Positions 63,781 to 64,000 of a DNA stretch of 64,000 bases are shown piece by piece; position 1 is the first letter of the stretch, and each line of letters starts with the position of its first letter. Under the pieces are notes generated by a model. The model worked only from the letters and a program-made list of their open reading frames with translations. It was not told the DNA's origin and made no database searches. This stretch comes from Acidimicrobiaceae bacterium. GTDB taxonomy: Bacteria > Actinomycetota > Acidimicrobiia > Acidimicrobiales > Acidimicrobiaceae. The stretch covers positions 2,116 to 66,115 of the forward strand of contig JABEUM010000169.1 of assembly GCA_013044475.1 (NCBI GenBank), written 5' to 3'. The position numbers and the translations under genes are program-made.

Positions 63781-63813
63781 AGTGGCCCGGTCTTGTCAGA
63801 CGACCGGGCCACT
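63781..63813 (-). other. Intercistronic 12-bp stem-loop between pstS and pstC
   Basis: AGTGGCCCGGTC / GACCGGGCCACT with a 9-nt loop. No U-tract follows it on the coding (minus) strand. Confidence 0.5.
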
Positions 63814-63825
63814 CTGGCTGGATCG

Positions 63826-64000
63826 TTAGGAGCCTATTTTTGCGATCTGCGCCAGCGAAAGCTGAGCAACACCGCTAGGTAGTGGCTGGAAGTTCACCTG
63901 GGTAAGGAAGGATGCCGAATTACCATACTGTGGGTCCAGAGCCCAAGCCAGCACCGACTTTATCGCCTGAGCCTTGTTGGGGTCCGACTGATGCGTATTG
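63826..64000 (-). CDS. pstS: Phosphate-binding protein PstS, C-terminal 57 codons (5' part beyond the right edge)
   Basis: Not in the ORF track. Hand translation of the reverse strand: NTHQSDPNKAQAIKSVLAWALDPQYGNSASFLTQVNFQPLPSGVAQLSLAQIAKIGS*. This is the PstS-like C-terminus, upstream of pstC-pstA. Confidence 0.75.
   Translation of the reverse strand, partial: NTHQSDPNKAQAIKSVLAWALDPQYGNSASFLTQVNFQPLPSGVAQLSLAQIAKIGS

Overview
The window reads as a bacterial chromosomal core region. Its gene order is typical of Actinomycetota, with moderate GC judged by eye (not computed).

Order of features:
- An edge-truncated membrane protein gene and yajQ on the minus strand.
- tRNA-Tyr, a GT87/DUF2029-type glycosyltransferase, an AlkA-like glycosylase and a GNAT acetyltransferase.
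- The conserved actinobacterial block tRNA-Thr, tRNA-Met, rpmG, tRNA-Trp, secE, nusG, rplKA, rplJL, rpoBC, rpsLG, fusA, tuf. An ECF sigma/anti-sigma pair is inserted between rpmG and tRNA-Trp.
- The complete S10, spc and alpha ribosomal operons (rpsJ through rplQ, including secY, adk, map, infA and rpmJ).
- truA, rplM-rpsI, glmM, glmS, a HAD hydrolase plus LysR regulator, acpS, nnr, alr, a family-4 uracil-DNA glycosylase, tsaE-tsaB-rimI-tsaD, and CIRCE-groES-groEL.
- A more accessory-looking right end: CoA-pyrophosphatase-type Nudix, a coupled orphan protein, a crcB-DUF190-crcB fluoride operon, a 675-nt ORF-free region, a UDP-sulfoquinovose synthase (sqdB/SQD1 type), a methyltransferase-like gene, and a convergent pstS-pstC-pstA with no pstB.

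I saw no CRISPR array, transposase, integrase or prophage signature. About 85% of the window is ordinary housekeeping sequence.

The items most worth a second look are the sqdB islet with its long repeat- and palindrome-bearing upstream region and a decayed sqdB fragment, the ECF/ZAS cassette inside the r-protein superoperon, the edge gene that is absent from the ORF track, and a probable non-canonical infA start.

All calls rest on reading the sequence and the supplied translations and on remembered family signatures. No searches or folding programs were run.
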